A DNA stretch of 64,000 nucleotides from Limnochordia bacterium (GTDB lineage Bacteria; Bacillota; Limnochordia; DTU080): positions 512,001-576,000 of the forward strand of contig JBMNJG010000007.1 in assembly GCA_050951545.1 (NCBI GenBank), given 5' to 3'. The notes below the pieces were generated by a model. The model worked only from the letters and a program-made list of their open reading frames with translations. It was not told the DNA's origin and searched no databases. How positions within the stretch are numbered: position 1 is the first letter of the stretch; each line of letters begins with the position of its first letter. Shown piece by piece: positions 29,644-40,300 of this stretch. Both the position numbers and the translations under genes were made by a program.

Positions 29644-30777
29644 GTGAGGCGTGTGGGTGGTTGGCGTAGGAAGCGGATGTGTCTAGTACTTGCGGCCACG
29701 ATGCTGCTCGTGGCTGGGGAGGCTACGGGGGCCAGTGAAGTGCAGCCAGAGGCGCTGGAACCCAGCCCGGCAGCTATTGCGGTGGAGATGGCCAGTCCGC
29801 TGGTGCGCATCAAGGACATTGCCCGTGTGCAAGGTGTCCGTGATAACCAACTGATCGGGATGGGCCTCGTGGTGGGCCTCAACGGCACAGGTGACGGCTC
29901 GGGCAATCAGGCTAATGTGCAGATGGTGACCAATATGCTGCAGCAGTTTGGGATCACGGTGGATGCCCGCTACATGCGTTCACGTAATGTGGCGGCAGTG
30001 GTGGCGACGGCCGCCCTGCCCAGCTTTGCTCGTAGCGGGGACGCCATCGACGTGACAGTGGCCTCGATGGGTGATGCTCGCAGTCTGCAGGGCGGCTTGC
30101 TGTTGCAGACTCCGTTGCAGGGCGCTGATGGTGGGGTTTATGCCGTAGCCCAAGGGCCGCTAGTGATCGGTGGGGAGGGTACCTCAAGAGGCCCCGGGCA
30201 GAGGACCCATGCTCAGACCGCTCGTGTCCCTGCCGGGGCCATTGTGGAGAGAGAGGTGCCAGCAGCCTTTGTGGAGGCCGAGGAGCTGCTGCTGGTGCTA
30301 CATACACCAGACTTTGCCACGGCAGCCCGAGTGGCCCAGGCCGTCAACGATGCCACGGGGCCAAAGACAGCCAAGGCGCTGGATCGCACTGCTATAGCAG
30401 TGGGCATCCCTCTTGCGTATCAGGGCAACCCGGTGGAGTTCATTGCCGCGCTCGAGGAGCTCTCGGTTACCCCTGATGCACCCGCTCGGGTGGTGGTCAA
30501 CGAACGGACTGGCACGGTGATCATCGGGGCGGGCGTGCGGGTGGCGCCAGTGGCCGTGACACACGGGACACTGCGCCTACAGATTGAGGCGCCTGACGGA
30601 GCGGCGCGTTATACGAGCCAAGGGCCCGTAACACAGAGCGTGGTGCTATCGGGCAGCACAGTGCACGATGTCGTCGCTGGGCTCAACGCCATCGGGGCGA
30701 GTCCCCGCGATGTCATCTCTATGCTGCAGGCCATCCGAGCAGCCGGGGCGCTCTACGGTGAACTGGTGGTGATCTAG
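29644..30777 (+). CDS. flgI: P-ring protein FlgI
   Basis: RIKDIARVQGVRDNQLIGMGLVVGLNGTGD; VVNERTGTV; LQAIRAAGAL. Confidence 0.97.
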   Translation: MRRVGGWRRKRMCLVLAATMLLVAGEATGASEVQPEALEPSPAAIAVEMASPLVRIKDIARVQGVRDNQLIGMGLVVGLNGTGDGSGNQANVQMVTNMLQQFGITVDARYMRSRNVAAVVATAALPSFARSGDAIDVTVASMGDARSLQGGLLLQTPLQGADGGVYAVAQGPLVIGGEGTSRGPGQRTHAQTARVPAGAIVEREVPAAFVEAEELLLVLHTPDFATAARVAQAVNDATGPKTAKALDRTAIAVGIPLAYQGNPVEFIAALEELSVTPDAPARVVVNERTGTVIIGAGVRVAPVAVTHGTLRLQIEAPDGAARYTSQGPVTQSVVLSGSTVHDVVAGLNAIGASPRDVISMLQAIRAAGALYGELVVI

Positions 30778-30779
30778 CC

Positions 30780-31151
30780 TTGGATATCTACGGGGTCAGT
30801 AGCAGGGCCACGGCGGCAGTATCGTCTCAGCCCTCTAGGGCCGGTAGCCAGAGCACGTTTGCGGGGGTGCTAGCCCAGGCCCATCGTGCGTACCTGGTGG
30901 ATCCGGGCTTGACGCCTCCTGTCAAAGACGCTGACGGTCAGCTCCGTTGGGCAGCACAGCAACTGGAGGCTTTCTTTACGCGGGAGCTCTTCACGAGCAT
31001 GCGCCGCACGGTACCCGAGGGCGGTCTGTTTAAGAAGAGCTTCGCCAGTGAGATGTATGAGGATATGCTCTGGGACGAACGGGCCAAGGCCGCCGTAGCA
31101 GCGGGTGGCCTTGGCCTTAGTGAGCTGATCTTGTCACAGCTGCGGGGTTGA
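30780..31151 (+). CDS. flgJ: FlgJ rod-binding domain only (no muramidase)
   Basis: LRWAAQQLEAFF...SMRRTVP..MYEDML...GGLGLSELILSQL. Confidence 0.85.
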   Translation: MDIYGVSSRATAAVSSQPSRAGSQSTFAGVLAQAHRAYLVDPGLTPPVKDADGQLRWAAQQLEAFFTRELFTSMRRTVPEGGLFKKSFASEMYEDMLWDERAKAAVAAGGLGLSELILSQLRG

Positions 31152-31208
31152 AGCAGCCAGCGGGTCAGAGCGTGGTACCTGTAGGTCAAATGGCAAGCAG
31201 ACATGGAT

Positions 31209-31245
31209 GTAGGGGATGCCGCGGGGTGTCCCCTGCGATTTTTCT
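31209..31245 (+). terminator. Intrinsic terminator after flgJ
   Basis: GTAGGGGATGCC-GCGG-GGTGTCCCCTGC stem followed by GATTTTTCT. Confidence 0.65.
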
Positions 31246-31256
31246 GCTGTGAACCC

Positions 31257-31284
31257 TCAAGTTTCTTGGCCAGCATGACGATAT
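31257..31284 (+). promoter_or_regulatory. Sigma28 promoter for fliC
   Basis: TCAA-N16-GACGATAT, 84 nt upstream of the fliC ATG. Confidence 0.75.
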
Positions 31285-31367
31285 ACACAGTAGCGAAGAT
31301 GAGGCGGGCGGCCGCTGCCTCGTCTCGCCGATGTGGACAGAACGATGCACTAGGGAGGCCAAAGCAG

Positions 31368-32183
31368 ATGAGGATTCAGACAAACGTTTCGGCGCTGAAC
31401 GCGTGGAGAAACTTGAATCAGACCACAGGGGCGATGGGCAAGAACCTGGAGCGGCTCTCTTCCGGATTCCGGATTAACAAGGCGGCAGACGACGCTGCAG
31501 GGCTCGCTATCTCCGAGAAGATGCGGGCACAGATCAGGGGTCTGAACCAGGCCACGCGCAACGCCCAAGACGGCATTTCACTTATCCAGACGGCAGAAGG
31601 GGCTATGGGTGAGATCCAGAGCATCCTGCAGCGCATGCGGGAGCTGGCGAATCAGGCAGCAAGCGACGGCCTGACAGATGACGATCGCGGTCAGATCCAG
31701 AAGGAAGTCGACCAGCTGGTGGAGCAGATCACGGACATAGCCACAACGACGCAGTTTAACACGAAGACGATTCTGGACGGAACAAGTGGTATGGGCATCA
31801 TCATACAGACTGGCGCCAACGCGGGCGAGGAGCTTACCTTTGACATTGCCAGCGTGGATCCCACTGGGTTGGGGGTTGCGGCGATCTCCATCGCCACACA
31901 GACGGACGCCAGCGCGGCCATTTCCACGATCGATGACGCGATCAATGATATATCCGGCTACCGCGCCGAACTCGGTGCCCTGCAAAACCGTTTGGAGCAC
32001 AGCATTACCAACCTGGAGGGCACTTCTGAGAACCTGCAGGCTGCGGAGTCCCGCATCCGTGACGTGGATATGGCTCAGGAGATGACCCAGTTCACGCGCA
32101 ACCAGATCCTGATGCAGTCCGGCACGGCGATGCTGGCTCAGGCCAACATGATGCCGCAGGCAGTTCTGAAGCTGCTGGGTTAG
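31368..32183 (+). CDS. fliC: Flagellin, 271 aa
   Basis: MRIQTNVSAL, LSSGFRINKAADDAAGLAISEKMRAQIRG, AAESRIRDVDMA; RBS GGGAGG. Confidence 0.98.
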   Translation: MRIQTNVSALNAWRNLNQTTGAMGKNLERLSSGFRINKAADDAAGLAISEKMRAQIRGLNQATRNAQDGISLIQTAEGAMGEIQSILQRMRELANQAASDGLTDDDRGQIQKEVDQLVEQITDIATTTQFNTKTILDGTSGMGIIIQTGANAGEELTFDIASVDPTGLGVAAISIATQTDASAAISTIDDAINDISGYRAELGALQNRLEHSITNLEGTSENLQAAESRIRDVDMAQEMTQFTRNQILMQSGTAMLAQANMMPQAVLKLLG

Positions 32184-32196
32184 TGTGATGCAGTTG

Positions 32197-32231
32197 TCGG
32201 TGGGTTGGAGCTTGGTGCTCCAGCCCACCGA
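32197..32231 (+). terminator. Strong hairpin after fliC (terminator or stabiliser)
   Basis: TCGGTGGGTTGGAGC-TTGGT-GCTCCAGCCCACCGA; weak U-tract. Confidence 0.6.
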
Positions 32232-32269
32232 TTATCAGGGCGTTGATATGAAAGAGGAGGCAGTGAGCC

Positions 32270-32683
32270 ATGTCGCGAGTGCATGGCGTCACGGGTTGGC
32301 GTGACGGATCAGCACAGGTTGCTCCGGCGATCGATCAGGCAGTACCTGTGCGCGAGTTCGACAAGCAGGAGATCAAAGAGAGTATCGGCATGCACCGCGA
32401 GGACGAGTTCACTCAAGCCGCGAGAAGGGCTGGTCTGTTGCGCGGCGGGGAAGAGCCCTATCGCCAGCGGGTGGAAGAGGCAGTGCAAGCCTTCAACGAT
32501 GCCTTGGCTGTTTTTGGCAGGCGTTTCCAGTTTAGCTTGCACGAGGGGACCAAGCGGATGATGGTCAAAGTGGTAGACACGCAGACCGAGGAAGTCTTGC
32601 AGGAGGTACCTCCTGAGAAGATCCTGGATATGGTCGAAGAGCTGTGGAAGCTGGCTGGGCTTCTGGTGGATGAGCGGGCATAG
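32270..32683 (+). CDS. flaG: FlaG family protein
   Basis: FQFSLHEGT..MMVKVVD..TEEVLQEVPPEKILD..GLLVDERA. Confidence 0.92.
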   Translation: MSRVHGVTGWRDGSAQVAPAIDQAVPVREFDKQEIKESIGMHREDEFTQAARRAGLLRGGEEPYRQRVEEAVQAFNDALAVFGRRFQFSLHEGTKRMMVKVVDTQTEEVLQEVPPEKILDMVEELWKLAGLLVDERA

Positions 32684-32696
32684 AGGGGTGTAGGCG

Positions 32697-34253
32697 ATGA
32701 AGCTGGGCGGTGCATCATCTTCGCAGAACATGCGCTTTTGGGGCCTGGGCTCGGGCCTCGATGTAGACGACATCGTCGGTAAGCTAATGAGCGTGGAGCG
32801 CATACCGCTCGAGCGGCTGCATCAACGTCGGCAGTTGCTGCTGTGGCAGCAAGAGGAATACCGGGCCATCAACCTCAAGATGCGAGAGCTCAGTGAGGCC
32901 GCTCTCTCCCTCCGCTTGGGGAGCAGTTTTACCCCGTCTCGGGTCACCTCTAGCCACGAGGAGATCGTGGGGGCAGCGGTGGCCGCAGGCGCACCCGAGG
33001 GCACCTATAGCCTGTCAGTCGAGCAGTTGGCCGACAGCCTGCATGTCTATAGCACCTCCATTGATGCCGGGGCGACGCTGAAAGAGCAGTTCCCCACGAT
33101 CGCCGATACTATCTCGTTTCAGATCGAAAAGGTCGCTGGTGACGGTGAGGAGGTCTTGGCGAGCCAGACCTTCACCTTCTCGACGGCCACCGCGAGTCTG
33201 CACGACGTGGTGAAGGCGATCAACGCTCTGCAGGGAGAGCTAGAGTTAGAGGCCTTGTACGATGCCGGGCTGGGTCGGTTTTTCTTGTCTGGAAAGAAAA
33301 CGGGCAGTGAGCTTGGGTACCGTCTGGTTGATGCCGCAGGTGATCTTCTTTCTACGCGTTTGGGGCTACAGTACCGCGATGAGGCAGGTACGGAACGCTC
33401 TGCAGTGGGCGAGGGGGCCGTGGTCACTGGTCGGGATGCAGTCTTCACACTCAACGGGGCCAGTGGGCTGCGTGCAGCATCAAACAGTGTGAGCATTAAC
33501 AGTGTGACCTTCTCCCTCAAACAGGTGAGCAGCCAACCTGTGATCATTCAGGTGCAGCGCGATGTGGAGCGAGCTGTGGGGGTCATTAGGGATTTCATAG
33601 CGAAGTACAATGCCTTCGTTGATTCCCTAAACAGCAAGCTTGCGGAGAAGAGACACTATAAGTACCAGCCGCTCACGGATGCGCAGAAAGACGAACTCTC
33701 GGAGAAAGAGATTGCTGAATGGCAGGAGAAGGCGCGTAGCGGGCTACTGCGCTCGGACCCCCTGCTCACAAGAGTGTTAACTGATCTGCGCGGTGCATTG
33801 ACTCGCCCAGTAGAGGGTGCGGACTCTCCGTATGGGATGCTCTTTCAGATCGGTATCACCACGGGTTCCTGGTATGAAGGCGGCAAGTTGCGCGTGGTGG
33901 ATGAGAGCAAATTACGTACGGCTCTGGCGCAGGATCCCGAGGGGGTGGCGGCTCTTTTCACTCAGCAGGGCACCGGCGCAGAGAGCACAGGTATCGGCTT
34001 GCGCTTTGGTGATGCTCTGAGTGCTGGCGTCGCGGCCTTGCGGACGCGGGCCGGTGTCGCCGAGGCGCCAGTTGACAGCAGCCCTCTGGGGAGGCAGATG
34101 AAGCTTCTAGACGAGCAGATAGAGATCATGGAGGCCAGGCTGCAGAGACGGGAGACGGCCTACTTCAGGCAGTTCGTGACGATGGAGTCTTTCATGTCTC
34201 AGGCGAACGCCCAGTCGATGTGGCTGTCACAGCAGTTTGGAGGCTGGAGCTGA
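32697..34253 (+). CDS. fliD: Filament cap FliD
   Basis: GLGSGLDVDDIVGKLM; YQPLTDAQK..W.EKARSGLLRSD; YFRQFVTME. Confidence 0.96.
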   Translation: MKLGGASSSQNMRFWGLGSGLDVDDIVGKLMSVERIPLERLHQRRQLLLWQQEEYRAINLKMRELSEAALSLRLGSSFTPSRVTSSHEEIVGAAVAAGAPEGTYSLSVEQLADSLHVYSTSIDAGATLKEQFPTIADTISFQIEKVAGDGEEVLASQTFTFSTATASLHDVVKAINALQGELELEALYDAGLGRFFLSGKKTGSELGYRLVDAAGDLLSTRLGLQYRDEAGTERSAVGEGAVVTGRDAVFTLNGASGLRAASNSVSINSVTFSLKQVSSQPVIIQVQRDVERAVGVIRDFIAKYNAFVDSLNSKLAEKRHYKYQPLTDAQKDELSEKEIAEWQEKARSGLLRSDPLLTRVLTDLRGALTRPVEGADSPYGMLFQIGITTGSWYEGGKLRVVDESKLRTALAQDPEGVAALFTQQGTGAESTGIGLRFGDALSAGVAALRTRAGVAEAPVDSSPLGRQMKLLDEQIEIMEARLQRRETAYFRQFVTMESFMSQANAQSMWLSQQFGGWS

Positions 34254-34255
34254 GT

Positions 34256-34645
34256 ATGGTCGAGCGCTTGCAGGTGGTAGTTAGGCATTTGGAGCAGTTG
34301 GCCAGCATCGTGCAAGAGGCAATAGACCTGCTGCAAGAGGAGCGCGTGGAGACGGATGCCTTGGACTGTCTGATGCAGCGCCGGGAAGAGGTTTTCCACC
34401 ATCTGCAGTACAGCTGGGTTTCCCTGTCCGATGAGGAGCTAGGAGCAGAAACCAAGAAAGAACTCGGCGAGAGAGCGGCTCGCGTCAAGGCTCTGGACGC
34501 CCAAGCCATGGAGTTAGCCCGGCAACACGGCACGGACGCCTTGGAGCGCTGGCGGGAGTCGCAGCTACAGCGCTCTGCTCGGGAGCTCTATGGGGGCGGC
34601 CCATCACAGGAGCGAGGTTTGTTCGTCGATCGCCGCGATGCCTAG
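34256..34645 (+). CDS. FliT-like chaperone
   Basis: Small helical protein between fliD and fliS; ends Y...GLFVDRR. Confidence 0.6.
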   Translation: MVERLQVVVRHLEQLASIVQEAIDLLQEERVETDALDCLMQRREEVFHHLQYSWVSLSDEELGAETKKELGERAARVKALDAQAMELARQHGTDALERWRESQLQRSARELYGGGPSQERGLFVDRRDA

Positions 34646-34672
34646 ATTAAAGCGACCATAGGGGGGCTTTTT

Positions 34673-35083
34673 TTGTTTCAGCAGGAGGCTTTAGCCACAT
34701 ACCGCAGGGCGCAGTTGGAGACGGCGACACCTTACGAACTTGTAGGGCGCCTGTACGGGGCGGCCATCCGCGCCTGCAAGACCGCAGCAGTCGCTCTAGA
34801 GAGTCATGAGAAAGAGAAGGCGAGAGAGGCTTTCTATAAGGCCCAGGACATCCTCACGGAGTTGATGGCCTCGCTGGATTTCAAAGCAGGCGGTGAGATT
34901 GCTCTGGGCTTACATCGGCTCTACGAGTATATGCACGCTCGTCTGGTGGAGAGTCATCTGCAGGGTGACGCGCAAGGAGCCAGAGAAGTGGCCGGGCTGC
35001 TGGAGCAGATAGCCGAGGCCTGGGCCGAGATGAAGCCGGGGCGGTCAGCGGAGGAGAAGGCAGATGGCAGCCCGGCCTCGTGA
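34673..35083 (+). CDS. fliS: Flagellin chaperone FliS
   Basis: YRRAQLETATP, KAQDILTELMASLDFKAGGEIA..L..LYEY. Confidence 0.95.
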   Translation: MFQQEALATYRRAQLETATPYELVGRLYGAAIRACKTAAVALESHEKEKAREAFYKAQDILTELMASLDFKAGGEIALGLHRLYEYMHARLVESHLQGDAQGAREVAGLLEQIAEAWAEMKPGRSAEEKADGSPAS

Positions 35084-35212
35084 GTGGCTCCATTACGCAC
35101 TAGCACAACGAGGTGTGTTTGTGTCGATGGTATAACCTTGAGCTGCTACGGAGGACAGCTTTGGTCAGGCGTAGAAAGCAGGTCGTATCCTAGGCAATCG
35201 AGGTGACCTGTA

Positions 35213-35971
35213 GTGCGCTTTATGAGCTACAACATTCAGATCGCAGTCGCCCGAGCGCATAACCCCAAGTGGAATCCTGAGCTATTCAGTCTCTCCGGCG
35301 TGGCCGAGGTGATCGCCAGTCAGTCACCAGATGTCGTGGCCCTGCAAGAGGTCGACCGTGGCCGCAGCCGTTCGGCATACGCCGATCAGACACGCTGGCT
35401 CGGTGAGCATCTTGGTTACTATTACGCTTTTGCTCCTGCCTACAGCCAGCTGCAGGAGAATGGCTCGGACGGCGAGTATGGAAATGCCCTCTTGTCGCGC
35501 TATCCCATAACCGACGTGCAAGTGATCAACCTCGATCCGGGGGTCAAAGAGCCCGCACCTCGCCACCGCTGGATCGAGCCTCGTTGTTGCTTCGTGGCTC
35601 GCATCGAGGCGGAGACGCCAGTGCAGGTGATGGGCTTGCATCTATCTACGGTTTTCGAACAACGTGTACAACCGCTCGAGCAAGTTGCTGATCTGGTGGA
35701 GGCGAATGCAGGTCTACCAACAGTCCTCATGGGCGATTTCAATGCGACTCACGAGGAGCTCAATGCGACGCGGCTACCCAAGCTGCTAGACAATCTTCTT
35801 GAGCCCAATCCCGTCTTTACTTTCCCGAATGGGCTTCCGGCCGACAGATGCATAGATCACATCTGGGTGAGTCGAGACTGGCGGGTGGGCGCTGTGTGGG
35901 TGGTCTCAGAGCGCCTGGGGCGCTCTGATCATAATCCTGTGGTGGCGGATCTCGATCTGCCCAAGGAGTAG
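35213..35971 (+). CDS. Endonuclease/exonuclease/phosphatase family protein
   Basis: MSYNI, DVVALQEVD, YGNALLSR, MGDFN, IDHI, SDH; extended -10 TGGTATAAC at 35128. Confidence 0.93.
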   Translation: MRFMSYNIQIAVARAHNPKWNPELFSLSGVAEVIASQSPDVVALQEVDRGRSRSAYADQTRWLGEHLGYYYAFAPAYSQLQENGSDGEYGNALLSRYPITDVQVINLDPGVKEPAPRHRWIEPRCCFVARIEAETPVQVMGLHLSTVFEQRVQPLEQVADLVEANAGLPTVLMGDFNATHEELNATRLPKLLDNLLEPNPVFTFPNGLPADRCIDHIWVSRDWRVGAVWVVSERLGRSDHNPVVADLDLPKE

Positions 35972-36223
35972 ACCAGTATTCGTCCTTGCAGCTGAACATA
36001 CCTAGCCTACGGGGTCGGAGGTAGCGGCCTGAGCGGTGGGCCAACTCGCCACTAGTCCGCTTATTCTGGTGGAGCCACAGTCGCTGTCAGGGAGCTGTGG
36101 GGGGGTCGAAAGACACCCCAAGCTCCTTGCCCATGTCTCTTCCCATGCAGTCAGCAGGCGCAGGCTTTGGGCATGCTATAGGAGAACTCATGCGGCTTAT
36201 GTCTTGCGGGGGAGTGCATTCCG

Positions 36224-36943
36224 ATTCCGTTCTGGGCAAGTCAGGAGTATCTAGGTTTTCTCGGGTGGGTGGCCCGGGCTGTCGTGATGTTTTTCTGGTT
36301 ACTACTGCTCACGCGGATTGCGGGGCAACGCCAGATAGGGCGTTTGTCGGGTTTTGACCTGGTGGTGGTCATCGCACTCATCGCGACGGCGACGGGACCC
36401 CTACACAGTGCCAGGGATAGCGTGACCAGTGCGATGATCAGCACAGCGGTGATCGCAGTTCTAGACGTAGGGCTCTCTTACGTAGCCCTTAGGAACTCCA
36501 AGCTGCGTCGAATGGTGGAAGATGAGCCCCTCGTGATCATGCAAAACGGGCGCGTTTTGGAGGGGATGATGCGCAAGGCTCGCTTCAATATAGATAACCT
36601 GCTCTCCGAGCTACGGATCAAGGGGATTCATAGCCTATGCGATGTGGAGTTTGCCATCCTGGAGCCCAACGGCCGATTGAGTGTCATCCCTAAGTCTCAG
36701 GCTCGGCCCCTCACCCCGCGCGATGCCCAGGTCTCTACCCACTACGAGGGCCTGTCCACGGTGCTGATCGAGGATGGCAATGTTCTGGAAGACAACCTTC
36801 GTCGGGTAGAACTGAGCAAAGAATGGCTGTACGAGCAGCTGCAGCAGCAGGGACTCAGCGGTCCACATGAGGCGATGTTAGCCTCCCTCGACACACAAGG
36901 CGTGCTCTATGTGGCCCGCAAGGGTGACACGTACCGCCACTAA
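36224..36943 (+). CDS. DUF421 (YetF-like) membrane protein; start ATT 36224 or GTG 36269
   Basis: GQRQIGRLSGFDLVV, DEPLVIMQNG, VEFAILEPNGRLSVIPK, LIEDG. Confidence 0.9.
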   Translation: MPFWASQEYLGFLGWVARAVVMFFWLLLLTRIAGQRQIGRLSGFDLVVVIALIATATGPLHSARDSVTSAMISTAVIAVLDVGLSYVALRNSKLRRMVEDEPLVIMQNGRVLEGMMRKARFNIDNLLSELRIKGIHSLCDVEFAILEPNGRLSVIPKSQARPLTPRDAQVSTHYEGLSTVLIEDGNVLEDNLRRVELSKEWLYEQLQQQGLSGPHEAMLASLDTQGVLYVARKGDTYRH

Positions 36944-37335
36944 CCTCACACGGTATTGGCCTTCCCGGCCGCCTTTCATGTCGTCGTAAGTGCCTACCCA
37001 TGCCACAAAATCGCCTTTGGTGGGTGTTTCATGGGCCATGTCGCGGAAGCGACCGCACTGCTCCTGGTTCGACGCCCTACATCAGCCATAGCCACTATGC
37101 CGCCGAAATTGCCGATGGGGTTGAGCTCGCTCCAGGTGGCTCCGTCATCATGAGAGACCGCCATGCGCGCCGGGTAAAGGCCGGAAAACATGATCAGACG
37201 CTTCACACCTTGCGCGTCCACCACCCGGTAGATGGTGGGAACCTCTTTGCCTGTCGCCCAACTGGCTGGAACGGGCAGCCTATCCGACCACGTGAGACCC
37301 GCATCGGTGCTACGCTTTAATACCACTGGCCCCCT
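36941..37335 (-). pseudogene. BNR/Asp-box sialidase-like remnant, cut at both ends with internal deletion
   Basis: Asp-boxes STDAGLTW and SHDDGATW (37335-37078); second frame FRDMAHETPTKGDFVAWVGTYDDMKGGREGQYRVRL (37048-36941). Confidence 0.75.
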
Positions 37336-37340
37336 GGTTT

Positions 37341-40300
37341 TCACCACTGCCAGGTGTCAAAAACCTTCCATAGCTCGTCAAGCTCCTCTTGGTTTTCAAC
37401 ATAGACGGATGTCCCCGCTGATATGCGCCCTTCCGCGCCAATGGCATACAGCACATGCGGGCCATGAGATTCCTCTTTCGTCGGCAGCGAAGCGGGTTGG
37501 CCAGCCAACACGGTGACGCGGGTTACTGCCTTGGCACGTACGGTCTCTACCGATGGGATTTTCGCGGTGGTCGGCCCCTCCAAAAGATAGACGGTGGCGT
37601 CTACTGAACTTGTGAGCTGTATCGGTTCCCCTGATTCCACTTGAGAGGATACGCCCGATAGCTGTGGGGGCAGCCGTTCACCGATGGTTACCGCCACCAT
37701 CGACTCCTCATCATCAGCGATATGCGCTCCCGTGAACGACGCCGCCGCGTACAGCGCATGGGTGGCCGTAAGCCACTGCCTCCCAGTGGGTGCCTGGCTG
37801 AACTGAAAGTGTCCTGTCGCATCGGTCAGGGCTGGGCCCGACGCGTAACCGACTATTTGAACTACGGCCCCCTCCACGGGCTGGCCCGTCAGGTCGCGCA
37901 CAGTTCCGGAGATCATCCCTGTCATGGGCTCAAGCTTTGATTGCCCCTCTAGCCCAGGTGCATGAGGTAGCGATGAGGAATCCGCGCGCCCTAACAGTTC
38001 AAATGTGACCGGGCCCTCAACGAACCAGTTTGGGAAGAACACCATGTCAACCCCGGTTTCGCTATGTTCAACTCCAGGATCGTCGATGAGGTAAACGCGG
38101 GATCGATCATCATCACCGTCTATCGGTTCCACGTAGTCGATCCTGACGGCATGCCGACTTCCGTCCCCAAAGACAAGTGCCAAGATCTCATTGGACAACT
38201 GCTTTCCCGGTGGGAAATAGGCGTCGACCTCAATGAAATGCTGTAGCGTGTTTTCATCGGCAGGACCGGATCGCCCGACCTTCCCACCAGCTCGGCCGAT
38301 GGCCATGACCCGTCCCGTTACGTCGGCGGGCGAGGTCAAGGCAAGTCGTGGTGTTTTCATATGCCCGCCACCAATAACGAGCGCGTTTCTGACGACCCCC
38401 CCTTCACGACGAAGCCATCCTAAGCTCCCGGAGAAGCTAATCTGATGGGAATCGACAACGTATGACGGGTATTGCACAGGACCATCCGGGGTGGCGATGA
38501 GGACATCTGAAAAACCTGGACCGCTGACTTCAATGGCCACTACATTTTCCGGTTGCCCGACTATGGGGAGGGCCTCAAAGTGCAGTGGCAGAGGCTCAGA
38601 CTCGTACGGGTTATGAATGACGACGAACACGTTCGTCGGACCCAGTCGTCGAAGTCCCGCAAACGGTGCCTCGCCTGCTCTCCGCATGGCCGGACCCATG
38701 CCGACGATCACTTCGGTCGGTGTTTCATCGGAGAGTAGCCATCCTTCGATTCCGGAAACACCATCACTCGGATAGATCCTGTAATGAACATCCTCTACGG
38801 TTCTCCCTGATTCAAGCTGGCTGATCCATTGATGATAAGATCCGCTTCTTCGTTTCAGATCGATGTCGACATCTAGGGAGTACTCCTGGCCTAACGGTCC
38901 GTGGATCATCCAATCATGGACGTGACCACCGTCCACCCAAAATATGTCGACGATGTACGGCGAACCGATCGGTCGCTCGACCGCCACCACCAGACGTTCA
39001 TAGCGAGAGACTTCGGCGGGGTAAAGCGCATCGGCAGCTGCCTTCGCTACCATGATGCCGGGAGTTTTCACATCGTACAGCATAAGCTCTGTACGATTTC
39101 CATTCGAAGCGTGGTAGTTTTGCCAATCATCTGTTGACCCAGTACCCTTGCCCCAGTCAATACTCACTTGACGTCCTTGAAAGCGATTAAACTGGTTCTT
39201 CTCGTCGACAACTACTGTGTTATGTGCGGCTGTACTTGACTGCCATGGACGATTACCGTGATACTCACCGTCTGACAGTAGTTCGGTTCCGTGCGCCCAC
39301 AAGACGACGCCGAGGGCGTCCAAGTGCTCGTGGCCGTCAGGAGAGGTAAACGTAAGATGCAGTTGAAATTGGTCTTTGCCTTCCCCGGAACCAAGCGTGG
39401 CGATCCCGGCAGCTGGCAACAAAGAGGGAACCGACTTAGACGGCTTAGGTCCTTGCTGGGTCGAGTGGCTGTCATTGATCGCCAGGTAACGGCTGTTTGG
39501 CAGGACCAATGAATCGACTGCCTTACTGGTCAAGGCGGAGAAGGCTCCCCAGCGGGATTGTGCGTCGAGATTCTCAATGCGATTGCCTTCTACGGGATCT
39601 ACGTAACCGACAGGATCGGTATATCCTTGGAGCCGATCGATCAAACGGGGGAGCCGGTTCGTCACCATGAGCGCGTACGACGGGGTTGCTTCATGCCACA
39701 TCCCGTCCCTGTAAAACCCTCTGTATACGATGCGGTCGACCCAGCGTATCGCTTGTCGAACCCACGTTGGCTTGCCCATCGCCTGGGCCAGATCGATCAT
39801 GCCCAAAATACGCTGGGGCTCCATGTTGGTCCACATAGGCGCCCAGTGCTCAGTAAGGACACGCCACCAATAGACGAAGAAATCATCCATGGTGGTCACC
39901 GGGTCGTCGACACCGAGCTCGTCAGCGACCTCCGCTAACACATCTCTGCCTGTTTGGGTGCCAAGCAAGTAGTCGTAGGCCCGGGCCAAACGCGCCACCA
40001 GGGGGACGTCTGTGTAAAACCAATCACTCCAGATCCGCCCGGCCCAATTGCCGCTGTTCGGAGCGCGCTTATCTTTCAGACTGTATGGAGGTAAATCCGT
40101 CCTCGAAGTCACAGGCCATTCCCCTGCTACTCGCTGGAAACCGAGCAGAATATGGGCTACTTTACGTCCCGCCTCGCGATCGTTCGAGGCGTAGAAGTAT
40201 TCGGCAAGTCCTTCCACGTGGTCCAAGAACTCTTTCTGACGACCCTCCTGCGGCCCTACCGTAGAAAAACCAGTCTTGATCTCCTCTTCGGACCCGATGC

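Noticed and set aside
31203-31367. 55-aa N-terminal extension of flagellin
   Set aside because: Spans a terminator and the sigma28 promoter; RBS and conserved MRI start are at 31368.
36140-36180. Sporulation sigma (SigG/SigF)-like promoter GGGCATGCTA
   Set aside because: No -35 element at proper spacing.
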